A stretch of 64,000 nt of DNA. Origin: an uncultured Chloroflexia bacterium. GTDB taxonomy: Bacteria; Chloroflexota; Limnocylindria; Limnocylindrales; CSP1-4. The notes beneath the pieces are model-generated. The model did no database searches. It was not told the origin of the DNA and saw only the letters and a list, made by a program, of their open reading frames with translations. How positions within the stretch are numbered: position 1 is the stretch's first letter; each line of letters starts with the position of its first letter. Of this stretch, positions 41,405 to 50,460 are shown piece after piece. The position numbers and the translations under genes were made by a program. The stretch covers positions 1,392,553 to 1,456,552 of the forward strand of contig CAVWSL010000015.1 of NCBI GenBank assembly GCA_963757765.1, read 5' to 3'.

Positions 41405-41746
41405 TCACAGCGGGCCGCGCGAGCGATGCGCGACCACCTCGACCGGCGCGAGCACGATGAGCCCGTCGCCCACCAGCTCGTCGAGCTCCGGCAGCACCGC
41501 GCGGATGCGCTCCTCGGTATCGATGACCTCGATCACCACGGGCAGGTCGACGGAGAGGGTCAGGATGCGGTCGGTATGGAGGTGCTGCTTGGTACCGAAG
41601 CCCTCGATGCCGTGAAGGACGGTCGCGCCCGCCAGTCCCCGCGTACGCAGCAGCTCCACGATCGCCCGATAGGCCGTCTTGCCACCCGAGCGGTCGGCGT
41701 CACCGAGATAGATGCGCAGCATCCGGGCGGGTCCGGTTGACAGCAT
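41405..41746 (-). CDS. DUF190 (PII-like, COG1993) protein
   Basis: …RIYLGDADR..GKTAYRAIVELLRTRGLAGATVLHGIEGFG… matches the DUF190 pattern. No crcB lies adjacent, which is atypical. Confidence 0.65.
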   Translation of the reverse strand: MLSTGPARMLRIYLGDADRSGGKTAYRAIVELLRTRGLAGATVLHGIEGFGTKQHLHTDRILTLSVDLPVVIEVIDTEERIRAVLPELDELVGDGLIVLAPVEVVAHRSRGPL

Positions 41747-41881
41747 CCGACCATCCTCCGACGCGTGGCGCGCCGGGGTCGGGCGCCATCAGCGCAGCGT
41801 AGGCCCATCGTCGACGACCCGTTTGCGGATGTCGACTCGCGCGGCGGCGCGTGCGGGCCGTCCGGCGCGCCGCGCGAACCA

Positions 41882-42535
41882 TCAGCCGGGCGTCGATGAC
41901 AGCAGGGGCACGAACACGACCGGCCCCAGCTGGTCCTCGTGCATCGTGCTGCCCTCAGCCGAACGGGTCAGCGACAGCAGCTCCTGCGAATGGCGGCTGC
42001 CCACGGGGATGACCAGGCGCCCACCGGGCGCCAGCTGATCGATGAGCGGTCGGGGCACAGCCGGCCCGCCCGCCGACACCAGGATGGCGTCGAATCGGTC
42101 CTCGCCGGGCCAGCCGCGCGTGCCATCACCGACCCGGATCTGCACCTCGTGGATACCCAGGAGGGCCAGCCGCCCCACTGCCTGTGTCGCGAGCTCCGGG
42201 TGCCACTCGATGGCGCAGACATGGGCGGCGAGCTGGGCGAGGATCGCCGTGGCGTACCCGGATCCGGCGCCCACCTCAAGGACCCGATCCGTTGGTTGCA
42301 CCCGGAGTGCCTCCACCATCACGCCCACGACGTACGGCTGCGAGATGGTCTGTCCAGCTTCGATCGGCAGGGCCGCATCGTCATAGGCAGCGCGCGCGCG
42401 CGCGTCCCCCACGAACAGCTCGCGCGGCACGGCACGGAAGGCGGCCAACACTCGTGGGTCATGCACGCCGCGGTCGACCAGCTGCCGCTGGATCATCCGC
42501 TCCCGATCTTCAGCCCGTCCGGCGAGGAGTCCCAT
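41882..42535 (-). CDS. pcm: Protein-L-isoaspartate O-methyltransferase
   Basis: …TISQPYVVGVMVEAL… and the SAM motif VLEVGAGSGYATAILA; 217 aa. Confidence 0.85.
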   Translation of the reverse strand: MGLLAGRAEDRERMIQRQLVDRGVHDPRVLAAFRAVPRELFVGDARARAAYDDAALPIEAGQTISQPYVVGVMVEALRVQPTDRVLEVGAGSGYATAILAQLAAHVCAIEWHPELATQAVGRLALLGIHEVQIRVGDGTRGWPGEDRFDAILVSAGGPAVPRPLIDQLAPGGRLVIPVGSRHSQELLSLTRSAEGSTMHEDQLGPVVFVPLLSSTPG

Positions 42536-42599
42536 CCGAGCCGCTCCCCCTGCGACGCTGACGTCGAGGGTACTCCGACCCCCGGTGCGCGTTGGTGCA

Positions 42600-42677
42600 G
42601 GCAGGCCCTTGACAGTGTGATCGCGACCCCATACTGTACTGACCTGTTAAATAACATACCGCTGAAGTACGAGGGCC
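42600..42677 (+). promoter_or_regulatory. Putative promoter/operator of the arsR-AHSA1 operon
   Basis: CTTGACA (-35-like) is followed 17 nt later by TACTGT. An unusually AT-rich stretch CTGTTAAATAACATAC sits just upstream of the ATG. Confidence 0.3.
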
Positions 42678-43022
42678 ATGCATCCCGACCCATTGAGCAC
42701 CACGTTCGCCGCACTTGCCGACCCGACTCGGCGCGGCATCCTCGCCCGGCTCGCCACCGGTGAGGCCACCGTCACGGAGCTGGCCGCTCCATTCGACATG
42801 ACCCTGCCGGCGGTCTCCAGGCATCTGAAGGTGCTTGCCCGGGCCGGGCTCATCGAGCAGGGACGCCAGGCGCAATGGCGCCCATGTCGCCTCCGTCCGG
42901 AGCCACTCCGGGAGGTCGCCGACTGGATGGAGCGGTACCAGCAATTCCTGGGCGAACGCCTGGACCGCCTGGACGCGTACCTCATCGAGGTACAGCAGGA
43001 CGAGAAGGAGCGAACCGAATGA
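42678..43022 (+). CDS. ArsR/SmtB-family transcriptional regulator
   Basis: wHTH …FAALADPTRRGILARLATGEATVTELAAPFDMTLPAVSRHLKVLARAGLIEQ…. Confidence 0.85.
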   Translation: MHPDPLSTTFAALADPTRRGILARLATGEATVTELAAPFDMTLPAVSRHLKVLARAGLIEQGRQAQWRPCRLRPEPLREVADWMERYQQFLGERLDRLDAYLIEVQQDEKERTE

Positions 43023-43519
43023 GCATGACGACCGTGGACCGGGGCAGCACCCCGACCACCAGCCTCATCCAGGAGGGCACGGACCTGACCATGTCCCGGG
43101 TCTTCGACGCCCCGCGCGACCTGGTCTGGCGGGCGCTCACGGAGGCTGACCGGGTGGCACGATGGTGGGGGCCCCATCGCTACACGACGACGGTCGAGTC
43201 GCTCGACTGCCGGGTCGGGGGGTCGTGGCACTTCACCAACCATGGCGCCGATGGCCAGTGGTTCGGCTTCATGGGCACGTATGAGCAGGTGGTACCCATC
43301 GAGAAGCTGGCCTACACCTTCATCGTCGACATGGACGGGATGCGGGACCAGGTCGGACACGTCACGGACCTGCTGGAAGATCTGGGCGACCGGACCCGGC
43401 TCACCGACATCATGCATTTCGGGTCCATCGAGGCCCTCGAAGGGACCATCGCGAACGGCATGGTCGAGGGTGCCATGGAGACCTGGGACAAGCTCGCCAC
43501 CGAGCTCACCCGGGGATGA
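43019..43519 (+). CDS. SRPBCC-superfamily protein (AHSA1/Aha1-like activator-of-Hsp90-ATPase homolog domain)
   Basis: ATGA overlap with the arsR stop. …MSRVFDAPRDLVWRALTEADRVARWWGP… matches the AHSA1-domain pattern. Confidence 0.78.
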   Translation: MSMTTVDRGSTPTTSLIQEGTDLTMSRVFDAPRDLVWRALTEADRVARWWGPHRYTTTVESLDCRVGGSWHFTNHGADGQWFGFMGTYEQVVPIEKLAYTFIVDMDGMRDQVGHVTDLLEDLGDRTRLTDIMHFGSIEALEGTIANGMVEGAMETWDKLATELTRG

Positions 43520-43546
43520 CCACGTGTTGGCAGCGCCCGTGCCCGC

Positions 43547-44797
43547 TCAGGCGCTGCCAACCGACGGCATGGACCCTGCGATGGTCCGCCCACGGGCTCC
43601 GACCGAGCCTCGGAGCACGACCCAGGCGCCGATGCCGCCCGTGATGACGAGTGCGCCGGCGAGGGTGAAGAAGGCGGTCGGGCCGAGCACCCCGTAGACG
43701 ATGCCGCCGATGACCGCGCCCAGGGCGGTGCCCAGGCCGAACGTGGCGGCCTGGAGCATCGTCTGGCCCGTGGCCTGGAGCTCGTCTGGCAGCAGCCGCC
43801 CGACGAGCACGACCCGAGCCGCGGTGAGGGCCCCGAAGCAGAGCCCCGTCAACACGCGCGTGGCGTTGATGGCATCGGGCGTTCCCAGCACGCCCCACGA
43901 CAGGGTGCATACCCCGAGACCGACGAGGCTCGACAGCACCAGCCACCGGATGCCGATGTGCTGAACGAGCCAGCCGGCCATGACCAGGCCCGGGATCTCG
44001 GCAAACGCCGCGATCCCGAACGTCAGCGCCACGTCCGATGGTTGACCGCCGAGCTCCACGATGCGGATGCCCAGGAAGAGGACGGCCCCCAGCATCCCGG
44101 TATAGGCGATCGCGAACACCACCAGCACCGGCAACCACAGCGGCTGGATGGTCAGGGCCCGGCTCACGGAGCCGAACCGCCCGGCCGCCGCGTCACCGCC
44201 ATGCTCGGCCGCACCGAGGCGCACGCCTGGATCACGCGTCCGGTCTGGCGTCCGTCGGAGGACGACGAGCAACACCATGGCCCAGCCCAACGAGACCAGC
44301 GGCACGGCGGCGTATCCAGCCCGGTCGTAGACGAAGCCAGCCACGATGACCCCCACAGCGTACGAGAGGCTCGCCAGGCCGCGCAGGGCGCCGTACTGCC
44401 GATCGGGCACCGGCAATGCGGCGACGGCCAGGGAGTCCGCAAGCGCCAGGAACATCGCGGGGAAGAGCGAGAACAGCGACAGGAGCACGGCCAGCAGCCA
44501 CACAGGGAGTGGCAGCAGCAGCGCCACCGAGGCGCCAGCCGCGATGAGCACGGCGAGGCTGAACGCGTACGCCCGCCCGACCACGACATCCGCCAGATGG
44601 CCCCATGCCGGCACGAGCATCGTAGCCGCCACCGCGGAGGCGGCGGCCAGCAGCCCGATGATGGCGGTGTCGACGCCGCGGGACCGGAGGATGACCGCGC
44701 TGAAGGGGGCGATCGCGGCCGTCCAGGTGCCGGTCGCGAGGAACAGTGCTCGGAGGCTCGACGGGACGCGCGTGGAGACGGCCGGGATCGCGGTCAC
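43547..44797 (-). CDS. MFS transporter
   Basis: 12 TM segments. 416 aa with an MFS-like 6+6 organisation. Confidence 0.8.
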   Translation of the reverse strand: MTAIPAVSTRVPSSLRALFLATGTWTAAIAPFSAVILRSRGVDTAIIGLLAAASAVAATMLVPAWGHLADVVVGRAYAFSLAVLIAAGASVALLLPLPVWLLAVLLSLFSLFPAMFLALADSLAVAALPVPDRQYGALRGLASLSYAVGVIVAGFVYDRAGYAAVPLVSLGWAMVLLVVLRRTPDRTRDPGVRLGAAEHGGDAAAGRFGSVSRALTIQPLWLPVLVVFAIAYTGMLGAVLFLGIRIVELGGQPSDVALTFGIAAFAEIPGLVMAGWLVQHIGIRWLVLSSLVGLGVCTLSWGVLGTPDAINATRVLTGLCFGALTAARVVLVGRLLPDELQATGQTMLQAATFGLGTALGAVIGGIVYGVLGPTAFFTLAGALVITGGIGAWVVLRGSVGARGRTIAGSMPSVGSA

Positions 44798-44859
44798 TCC
44801 CCCAATCTACGCGTCGGCCATGGGTCCTGCTGGTGGTCGCGCGTCGGTCGGGGCCGGGC

Positions 44860-45294
44860 TCACTGGACGCAGAACTCGTTACCCTCCGGGTCGTTCATGC
44901 GCACCCAGTACTCGCCACCGCGCTCGATGGCGCCACGCTCGTTCGTGGCCCCCAGCGTCTGGAGCCGAACCACGGCCGCATCCACCAACACCCGGCGCCG
45001 CACCGGATCGTGCGTCCCGGCGCTCGCGTGGACGTCCATGTGCATCCGGTTCTTGGCGATCTTGGGCTCCGGCACCTTCTGGAAGAAGATGCGCGGACGG
45101 ATCCCCTCCGGGTCGGTGATGGCCGACGCGTCGTGCCGCTGCTCCTCGGGGATGCCGATCGAGTCGAGGAAGGCGTCCCAGCTGGCGTAGCCATCTGGCG
45201 GTGGTTGTAGCTGGTAGCCCAGGACCTGACGCCAGAAATCGGCCATCCGATCCGGGTCGGCACAATCGAAGACGAGTTGGAAGCTGCTGGACAT
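44860..45294 (-). CDS. VOC/glyoxalase-like domain protein
   Basis: Internal Met start. …FQLVFDCADPDRMADFWRQVLGY… and …MHMDVH… match the glyoxalase/bleomycin-resistance fold pattern. Confidence 0.65.
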   Translation of the reverse strand: MSSSFQLVFDCADPDRMADFWRQVLGYQLQPPPDGYASWDAFLDSIGIPEEQRHDASAITDPEGIRPRIFFQKVPEPKIAKNRMHMDVHASAGTHDPVRRRVLVDAAVVRLQTLGATNERGAIERGGEYWVRMNDPEGNEFCVQ

Positions 45295-45497
45295 CGGACA
45301 CCTCCTATCGCCCGCAGTGTGGCGCCCAGACCCGTCGGGTCGCGTCAGGAATGCCCGCCCGGTGATCGGTCTGGCTGTGGGGATCCACATCCGGCACACA
45401 GCACACCCAAAGGTCCGGGCCCGAGCCTGCTGTCATCGGCGACGCGGTGCGGTAGGGATGCCGCATCGCCCGCCGAGCCACAGGAGTCACAACGACC

Positions 45498-45797
45498 ATG
45501 GCCTTCGTGATCGCCGAACCGTGCATCGACAACATGGATCAGTCGTGCGTGGCGGCATGTCCCGTCGACTGCATCACCGGTGACCCGACCCTCGACCGCA
45601 AGCTGTACATCGACCCCGACGAGTGCATCGCCTGCGGCGCGTGCGCCACAGCGTGCCCCAATGGCGCCATCTACGAAGCCGGGGAGCTGCCACCAGCGTG
45701 GGTCGACTATGCCTGGGTGGACGCGGCCTGGTATCGGGACCCGGACGTCGCCCGGGCGACCATCGAGGAGCTCCTCAGCACCCCGGTCAGCGCATGA
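45498..45797 (+). CDS. fdxA: Ferredoxin (7Fe-type, [3Fe-4S][4Fe-4S] FdxA-like)
   Basis: MAFVIAEPCIDNMDQSCVAACPVDCI…CIACGACATACP cysteine pattern. Confidence 0.9.
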   Translation: MAFVIAEPCIDNMDQSCVAACPVDCITGDPTLDRKLYIDPDECIACGACATACPNGAIYEAGELPPAWVDYAWVDAAWYRDPDVARATIEELLSTPVSA

Positions 45798-46633
45798 GCG
45801 CACCGAGCCTGCTGCGTAGCGCCGCCGATGTCCCGGCTCCCGCGCGCACCCGCGGGATCGGCGTCCGCCCGCCATTGCCGCCGCGAATAGGCCGGAGCCG
45901 CGAGCCCAACGCGACCCTCATCGAGCGACGGGACATCACCGCGGATCTGGCACGCTTCCGCTTCCGTCCGGATGCGGGTGTCCCGGCGTTCGTCGCCGGC
46001 CAGTATGTCCCGGTCGCGCTGCCGACCGAGGACGGGCCACTCATCCGCCCCTACTCCATCGCGTCGGCACCGCGTGAGCGGGAGATGCTGGAGCTGTTCG
46101 TGCGCCGGCTCGACGGGGGTGCCTTCACAGCCCGGCTCTGGGCGCTCGAGCCCGGTGCCCGCCTCTGGATCGGTCCACCCCGCGGCCTGTTCCTGCTCAC
46201 GCCGGCGGACGCATCGCGGCACCTGCTCATCGCCACCGGGACCGGACTCGCACCCATGATGGCGATCCTGGCCGCCCTGGCCGATCGTCCCGTCCGACCG
46301 CACGTGACCCTGATCCACGGGGTCTCCCGTGTGTCCGAGCTGGGCTACCGGGAGGAGCTGGAACGATCATCGATGCGGGGGTCACTCGACTATCGGCCCA
46401 CCATCTCCCGCCCGCCGACGACCGGCGATGTCGGCTGGGATGGTGCGGTGGGCCGCGTCGACCGGGTGCTCCTGGACCTGCTGGCGGCCGGCACCATCGA
46501 TGTCCTCGGCTCGGTCGCCTACCTGTGCGGCAACGACGGGATGATCGCGACCGTCCGGGAGCTCCTGGTCCACGCGGGCATGCCCGAGACGTCCATCCAT
46601 AGCGAGCGATTCGCGCCGGCCGCCGCTGCCTGA
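45794..46633 (+). CDS. Ferredoxin-NADP reductase family oxidoreductase (FAD/NAD(P)-binding)
   Basis: ATGA overlap with the fdxA stop. FNR-like …RPYSIAS… (FAD) and …LIATGTGLAPMMAIL… (NAD) motifs. Confidence 0.8.
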   Translation: MSAPSLLRSAADVPAPARTRGIGVRPPLPPRIGRSREPNATLIERRDITADLARFRFRPDAGVPAFVAGQYVPVALPTEDGPLIRPYSIASAPREREMLELFVRRLDGGAFTARLWALEPGARLWIGPPRGLFLLTPADASRHLLIATGTGLAPMMAILAALADRPVRPHVTLIHGVSRVSELGYREELERSSMRGSLDYRPTISRPPTTGDVGWDGAVGRVDRVLLDLLAAGTIDVLGSVAYLCGNDGMIATVRELLVHAGMPETSIHSERFAPAAAA

Positions 46634-46660
46634 GACCTCACGGCCTGCCATCATGCGCCG

Positions 46661-47194
46661 ATGACCGACCGCCATCGAACAGCTGCTGCCATCGAGCGCC
46701 TCGTCGACGCCGACGATGCCTTCGTCGCCCTGGAGGGGCCCATCGATGCCGGGAGGCCGTGGCCCCAGCCGGCGGTCATCGGCGATGGGCCGGAATCGGC
46801 ATGGGGGCCACCCGAGGTCCTCGCACACGTCGCTGAGATGCTCGGCTACTGGCTCGACCAGATGGAGCTGGTGATCGCGGCACGCGGCGAGCCGGTCCCG
46901 ATGGGCCGCTCGATCGGAGACCCGGCGCGGGCTGCCGCGATCGAGCAGGGTCGACAGCAGCCCACTGCCGAGCTGCTCGCGCGCATCCGTGCCTCCATCG
47001 GCCGCTACGTCACGCGTCTGCCGGAACTATCACCGGACGATTGGGGACGACGCGGCATCCACCCGAGGCTGGGAGAGGTGACGGTCGCCGACATGTTGGA
47101 GCGGTTCGTCCTCAGCCATCTCGATGAACACGCGGCCCAGCTTGGCGCGGCCCTTGAGGGCTCGACACACTCACTTCACCCGCCCGCCGGGTGA
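46661..47194 (+). CDS. DinB/YfiT-like (maleylpyruvate-isomerase N-terminal-like) family protein
   Basis: 177 aa. A four-helix-bundle DinB_2-type sequence pattern, with His residues near both termini. Confidence 0.6.
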   Translation: MTDRHRTAAAIERLVDADDAFVALEGPIDAGRPWPQPAVIGDGPESAWGPPEVLAHVAEMLGYWLDQMELVIAARGEPVPMGRSIGDPARAAAIEQGRQQPTAELLARIRASIGRYVTRLPELSPDDWGRRGIHPRLGEVTVADMLERFVLSHLDEHAAQLGAALEGSTHSLHPPAG

Positions 47195-47544
47195 GTGCGC
47201 CGGCGTGGCCGCTCGGGGGCCGGCGTGGCCGCTCGGGGGCCGGCGATCGACCGACTCCACCGTCAGGTGACCCGGCCCCCGGGCCGAATAGCCGCCTGGC
47301 GGGTGACGTGGCTGCCGGCGACCTCGCGATGTGGCGCCAACGAAGGCTCGCCGGTCCACTCACCCGCTACTCGGGTCGGCGGGGCCCTGGGCGATCCGGT
47401 CCGCCGCTCCGACGCCAGCTTGCGCGCTCAGGACCCCAGGATGCGCAGCTGGTCGACGCCATCCCACCAGGCAGATGGCCGCCGGTCACATGCTTGACAG
47501 ATGCAGCTGCACTTGCGGGCTGGTCATGATCCTGACATCGTTGC

Positions 47545-47793
47545 TTGATATTGACAGTTCGCTTCGCTCCTGACGGCCGGGTCTTGGTGCCCGTGGAGTT
47601 GCGCAAGGCCCTGGGCGTGACGCCCGGTGAGCTGCTCGTTGCACGGGTCGTCGACCGGCAGCTGGTCATCGAGCGTCGGGACGACGCACTCCGGCGGCTC
47701 CAGGGTCGATTCTCCAACGTGCCGGCGGGCGTCAGCCTGGCGGATGAGCTCATCGAGGATCGCCACAGGGAGGCCGCCGACGAGGCGTCATGA
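47545..47793 (+). CDS. vapB: AbrB/MazE/SpoVT-type antitoxin (VapB)
   Basis: TTG start. …RVLVPVELRKALGVTPGELLVARVVD… is a swapped-hairpin antitoxin fold. ATGA overlap with the downstream PIN gene. Confidence 0.7.
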   Translation: MILTVRFAPDGRVLVPVELRKALGVTPGELLVARVVDRQLVIERRDDALRRLQGRFSNVPAGVSLADELIEDRHREAADEAS

Positions 47794-48227
47794 GCGCCGA
47801 GTTCGTCGTCGATGCCTCGGCGCTCCTGGCGATCCTCCAGGATGAACCGGGCACCGATGCGGTCGCCATGATCCTGGCTACGTCCGTGGTGTCGGCCGTG
47901 AACTGGTCTGAGGTCGTCCAGAAGGCTCGCAGCCACGGCGTCGAGGTCCGTGGACTGGAAGCGGAGCTCTCAGCGCTCGGGGTCGGGTTCGTGCCGTTCA
48001 CGACCACCGAGGCCACCGTCGCCGCGGATCTCTGGCATCGGGGCGCCCGGAGGTTGGCACTCGCGGATCGAGCCTGCCTGGCGACAGGCCAGGTGCTCGG
48101 GCTGCCGGTCGTCACGGCGGACCGCGCCTGGGCGTCGCTCGACCTCGATATCGAGGTCCGGGTCATTCGTGAGCACCCCCTGGGCCGGGCTGGACGGTCC
48201 CTGCGCCGCCAGGGTCCATCGAGCTGA
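47790..48227 (+). CDS. vapC: PIN-domain toxin (VapC)
   Basis: FVVDASALLAIL…, …LADRACLA…, …VVTADR… acidic PIN residues. Confidence 0.85.
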   Translation: MSAEFVVDASALLAILQDEPGTDAVAMILATSVVSAVNWSEVVQKARSHGVEVRGLEAELSALGVGFVPFTTTEATVAADLWHRGARRLALADRACLATGQVLGLPVVTADRAWASLDLDIEVRVIREHPLGRAGRSLRRQGPSS

Positions 48228-48235
48228 GGACGGGG

Positions 48236-48600
48236 GTGGCCAGGCAGAGCCCGGGAACGATCCGGCGGGCCTGGATCGCCATACCCGTAAGAGCGCGGCA
48301 GCTCGCCGCGTCAGCACCAGGGGCGACCGTCGAGCAGCAGGAGCTGGTCGTGCGAGCAGGGCGAGGCGATCATGACGCGTCTGCCGTGCTCGTCCGTGAC
48401 GCCCTGGTCCGACTCGACGCTGGCGTCCGCCTCATCCTCCGGGACACGGAACTCGCCCGCGACGCTGTCCAGGAGGCACTGGCGCGGGCATGGCGAGATC
48501 TGCCCCGGCTCCGTGAGCTGGAGCGGCTCGCTGCCTGGCTGCACCTCTCACCGTTCGGGCCTCCATCGATGCGGCCCGTGTCCATCGGAGACGACGGCGC
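48236..48600 (+). pseudogene. Truncated ECF sigma-70 factor (region 2 only)
   Basis: …ELVVRAGRGDHDASAVLVRDALVRLDAGVRLILRDTELARDAVQEALARAWRDLPRLRELERLAAWLHL… is a sigma-70 region 2 pattern. Region 4 is absent, and the rest of the 861-aa ORF is antisense to the ABC exporter gene. Confidence 0.4.
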
Positions 48601-48646
48601 GGCCCTGAGACGTACGGGCCACGGCGCCCTCCGCCTGCCCGCGGGA

Positions 48647-50458
48647 TCAGGCGCCGATCGGCTGCAGCGGGGTCGGCTCTCTCCATTGCAACCGGTACAG
48701 CCGCGCGTACAGGCCGTCTTGCGCCAGCAGCTCGGCGTGGGTGCCCAGCTCCACCAGCCAGCCGTCGTCGAGCACCGCGATGCGGTCCGCCCGCCGGATG
48801 GTCGTCAGTCGATGCGCGACCACGATCGTCGTGCGCGACTCCATGAGTCGCTCCAGGGCCTCCTGGACCAGCCGCTCCGACTCGTTGTCGAGGGAGCTGG
48901 TCGCCTCATCGAGGAGCAGGATGCGGGGGTCCTTGAGGATCGCGCGCGCGATGGCGACCCGTTGCCGCTGGCCGCCCGACAGGCGCATGCCACGATCGCC
49001 GATGGTCGTCGCGTACCCCTGGGGCAGGGCCGCGATGAAGTCGTGCGCGTTGGCGCCCCGTGCGGCGGCCTCGATCTGCGCGTCGGTCGCATCCAGTCGT
49101 CCATACGCGATGTTGTCCCGGACCGGACCACCAAAGAGGGTAGCCTCCTGGGGCACGAGGCCGATCGCCTCCCGCAGCTCCCTGACGGTCACCTCGCGGA
49201 CATCGATGCCGTCCACGAGGATGCGCCCACCGGTCACGTCCCAAAGACGGGGGATGAGGTTGCACAACGTCGTCTTGCCGGCGCCCGACGGCCCGACCAC
49301 GGCCAGCACCTCGCCCGGCGCGATATCAAGGTCGATCGAGCGCAGCACGCTGCGCTCCGGGCGGTAGCCGAAGGAGACGGCCTCGAAGGTGATCCGACCG
49401 GCGATCGGGCCGAGTGTGCGGGGCGAGACAGGGTCGACCACGGTCGGCCGCTCATCGAGCAGCTCGAACACCCGCTGGACGGAGCCACTCCCCTCCCGGA
49501 ACTGGCCGTAGAGGCTCGCGAGCGTGCCGAGGCTGCTCCCGATCGCCACGCCATACAGCAGGAACGCGGTCAGCGCCCCCAGGGTCAGGGCGCCGTCGAT
49601 GACCTGGCGTCCCGTGTACCAGAGGATGACGGCCAGGGCCCCGAACCCGAGGAAGGTCATGGCGGCACCGAAAGCGCCCCTCCACGCGATGAGGCGGGTC
49701 GCCAGGCCGACGACGCCGCGAAGGTCGCGGTCATACCGGTGCAGCTCCCAGTCCTCGCGCACGTAGCTCTTGACCACCCGGATGCCGCCCAGCGCCTCCT
49801 CGGCGGTCGTCGTGCTCGTGGCGAGTGCATCCTGGACCTGGGTGCTCAGTCGCTGGAGCGGCCGGCCCACGACCACCGCGATGACGATGAGCGCAGGCGC
49901 GAGCAGCAGCACCAGGAGCAGCAGCGTCGGGCTGGCCAGCAGCAGGATGACCACGGCGCCCACCAGCCCCAGCACCGACGAGAGCATCGAGGTGAGGGTC
50001 TGGGTGAGCATCGTGCGCACCTGGGTCACATCGTTCGAGAGGCGCGAGATGAGCTCCCCGACGCGGCGACCGGCGTGGAACTCCAGCGACAGGGTGACGA
50101 GGCGGGCGTACAGCTGGGACCGCAGATGCGCGACGATGCGTTCACCGGTGACACCCAGGAAGTAGCCCTGGATGAAGCCCGCGATCGCGAGCACTGCCGC
50201 CAGGCCCACCAGCACCAGCACGACCGCGTCCAGGTCCGCGCTGTCGCCGCCAGGCTGCACCGCGCCGACCAGCGTGCCCACCGCGAGTGGCAGCAGCAGC
50301 CCGGCCAGGGTGCTCACGAGGAGTGCCACGAGCGCCGCACTGAACGCCAACAGGTGCGGTCGCAGGTAGCCGAGCAGGCGTCGCCACGGGACCGACGCCA
50401 AGCTCTCGAGGGTCGATGGTGGCGACTCCTCCGCCAGGGACCCGCCCGTGACCGACAT
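48647..50458 (-). CDS. ABC transporter, fused permease/ATP-binding exporter (MsbA/type I exporter-like)
   Basis: N-terminal 6-TM domain plus Walker A GPSGAGKTT, LSGGQRQR and Walker B. Confidence 0.9.
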   Translation of the reverse strand: MSVTGGSLAEESPPSTLESLASVPWRRLLGYLRPHLLAFSAALVALLVSTLAGLLLPLAVGTLVGAVQPGGDSADLDAVVLVLVGLAAVLAIAGFIQGYFLGVTGERIVAHLRSQLYARLVTLSLEFHAGRRVGELISRLSNDVTQVRTMLTQTLTSMLSSVLGLVGAVVILLLASPTLLLLVLLLAPALIVIAVVVGRPLQRLSTQVQDALATSTTTAEEALGGIRVVKSYVREDWELHRYDRDLRGVVGLATRLIAWRGAFGAAMTFLGFGALAVILWYTGRQVIDGALTLGALTAFLLYGVAIGSSLGTLASLYGQFREGSGSVQRVFELLDERPTVVDPVSPRTLGPIAGRITFEAVSFGYRPERSVLRSIDLDIAPGEVLAVVGPSGAGKTTLCNLIPRLWDVTGGRILVDGIDVREVTVRELREAIGLVPQEATLFGGPVRDNIAYGRLDATDAQIEAAARGANAHDFIAALPQGYATTIGDRGMRLSGGQRQRVAIARAILKDPRILLLDEATSSLDNESERLVQEALERLMESRTTIVVAHRLTTIRRADRIAVLDDGWLVELGTHAELLAQDGLYARLYRLQWREPTPLQPIGA

Positions 50459-50460
50459 GG

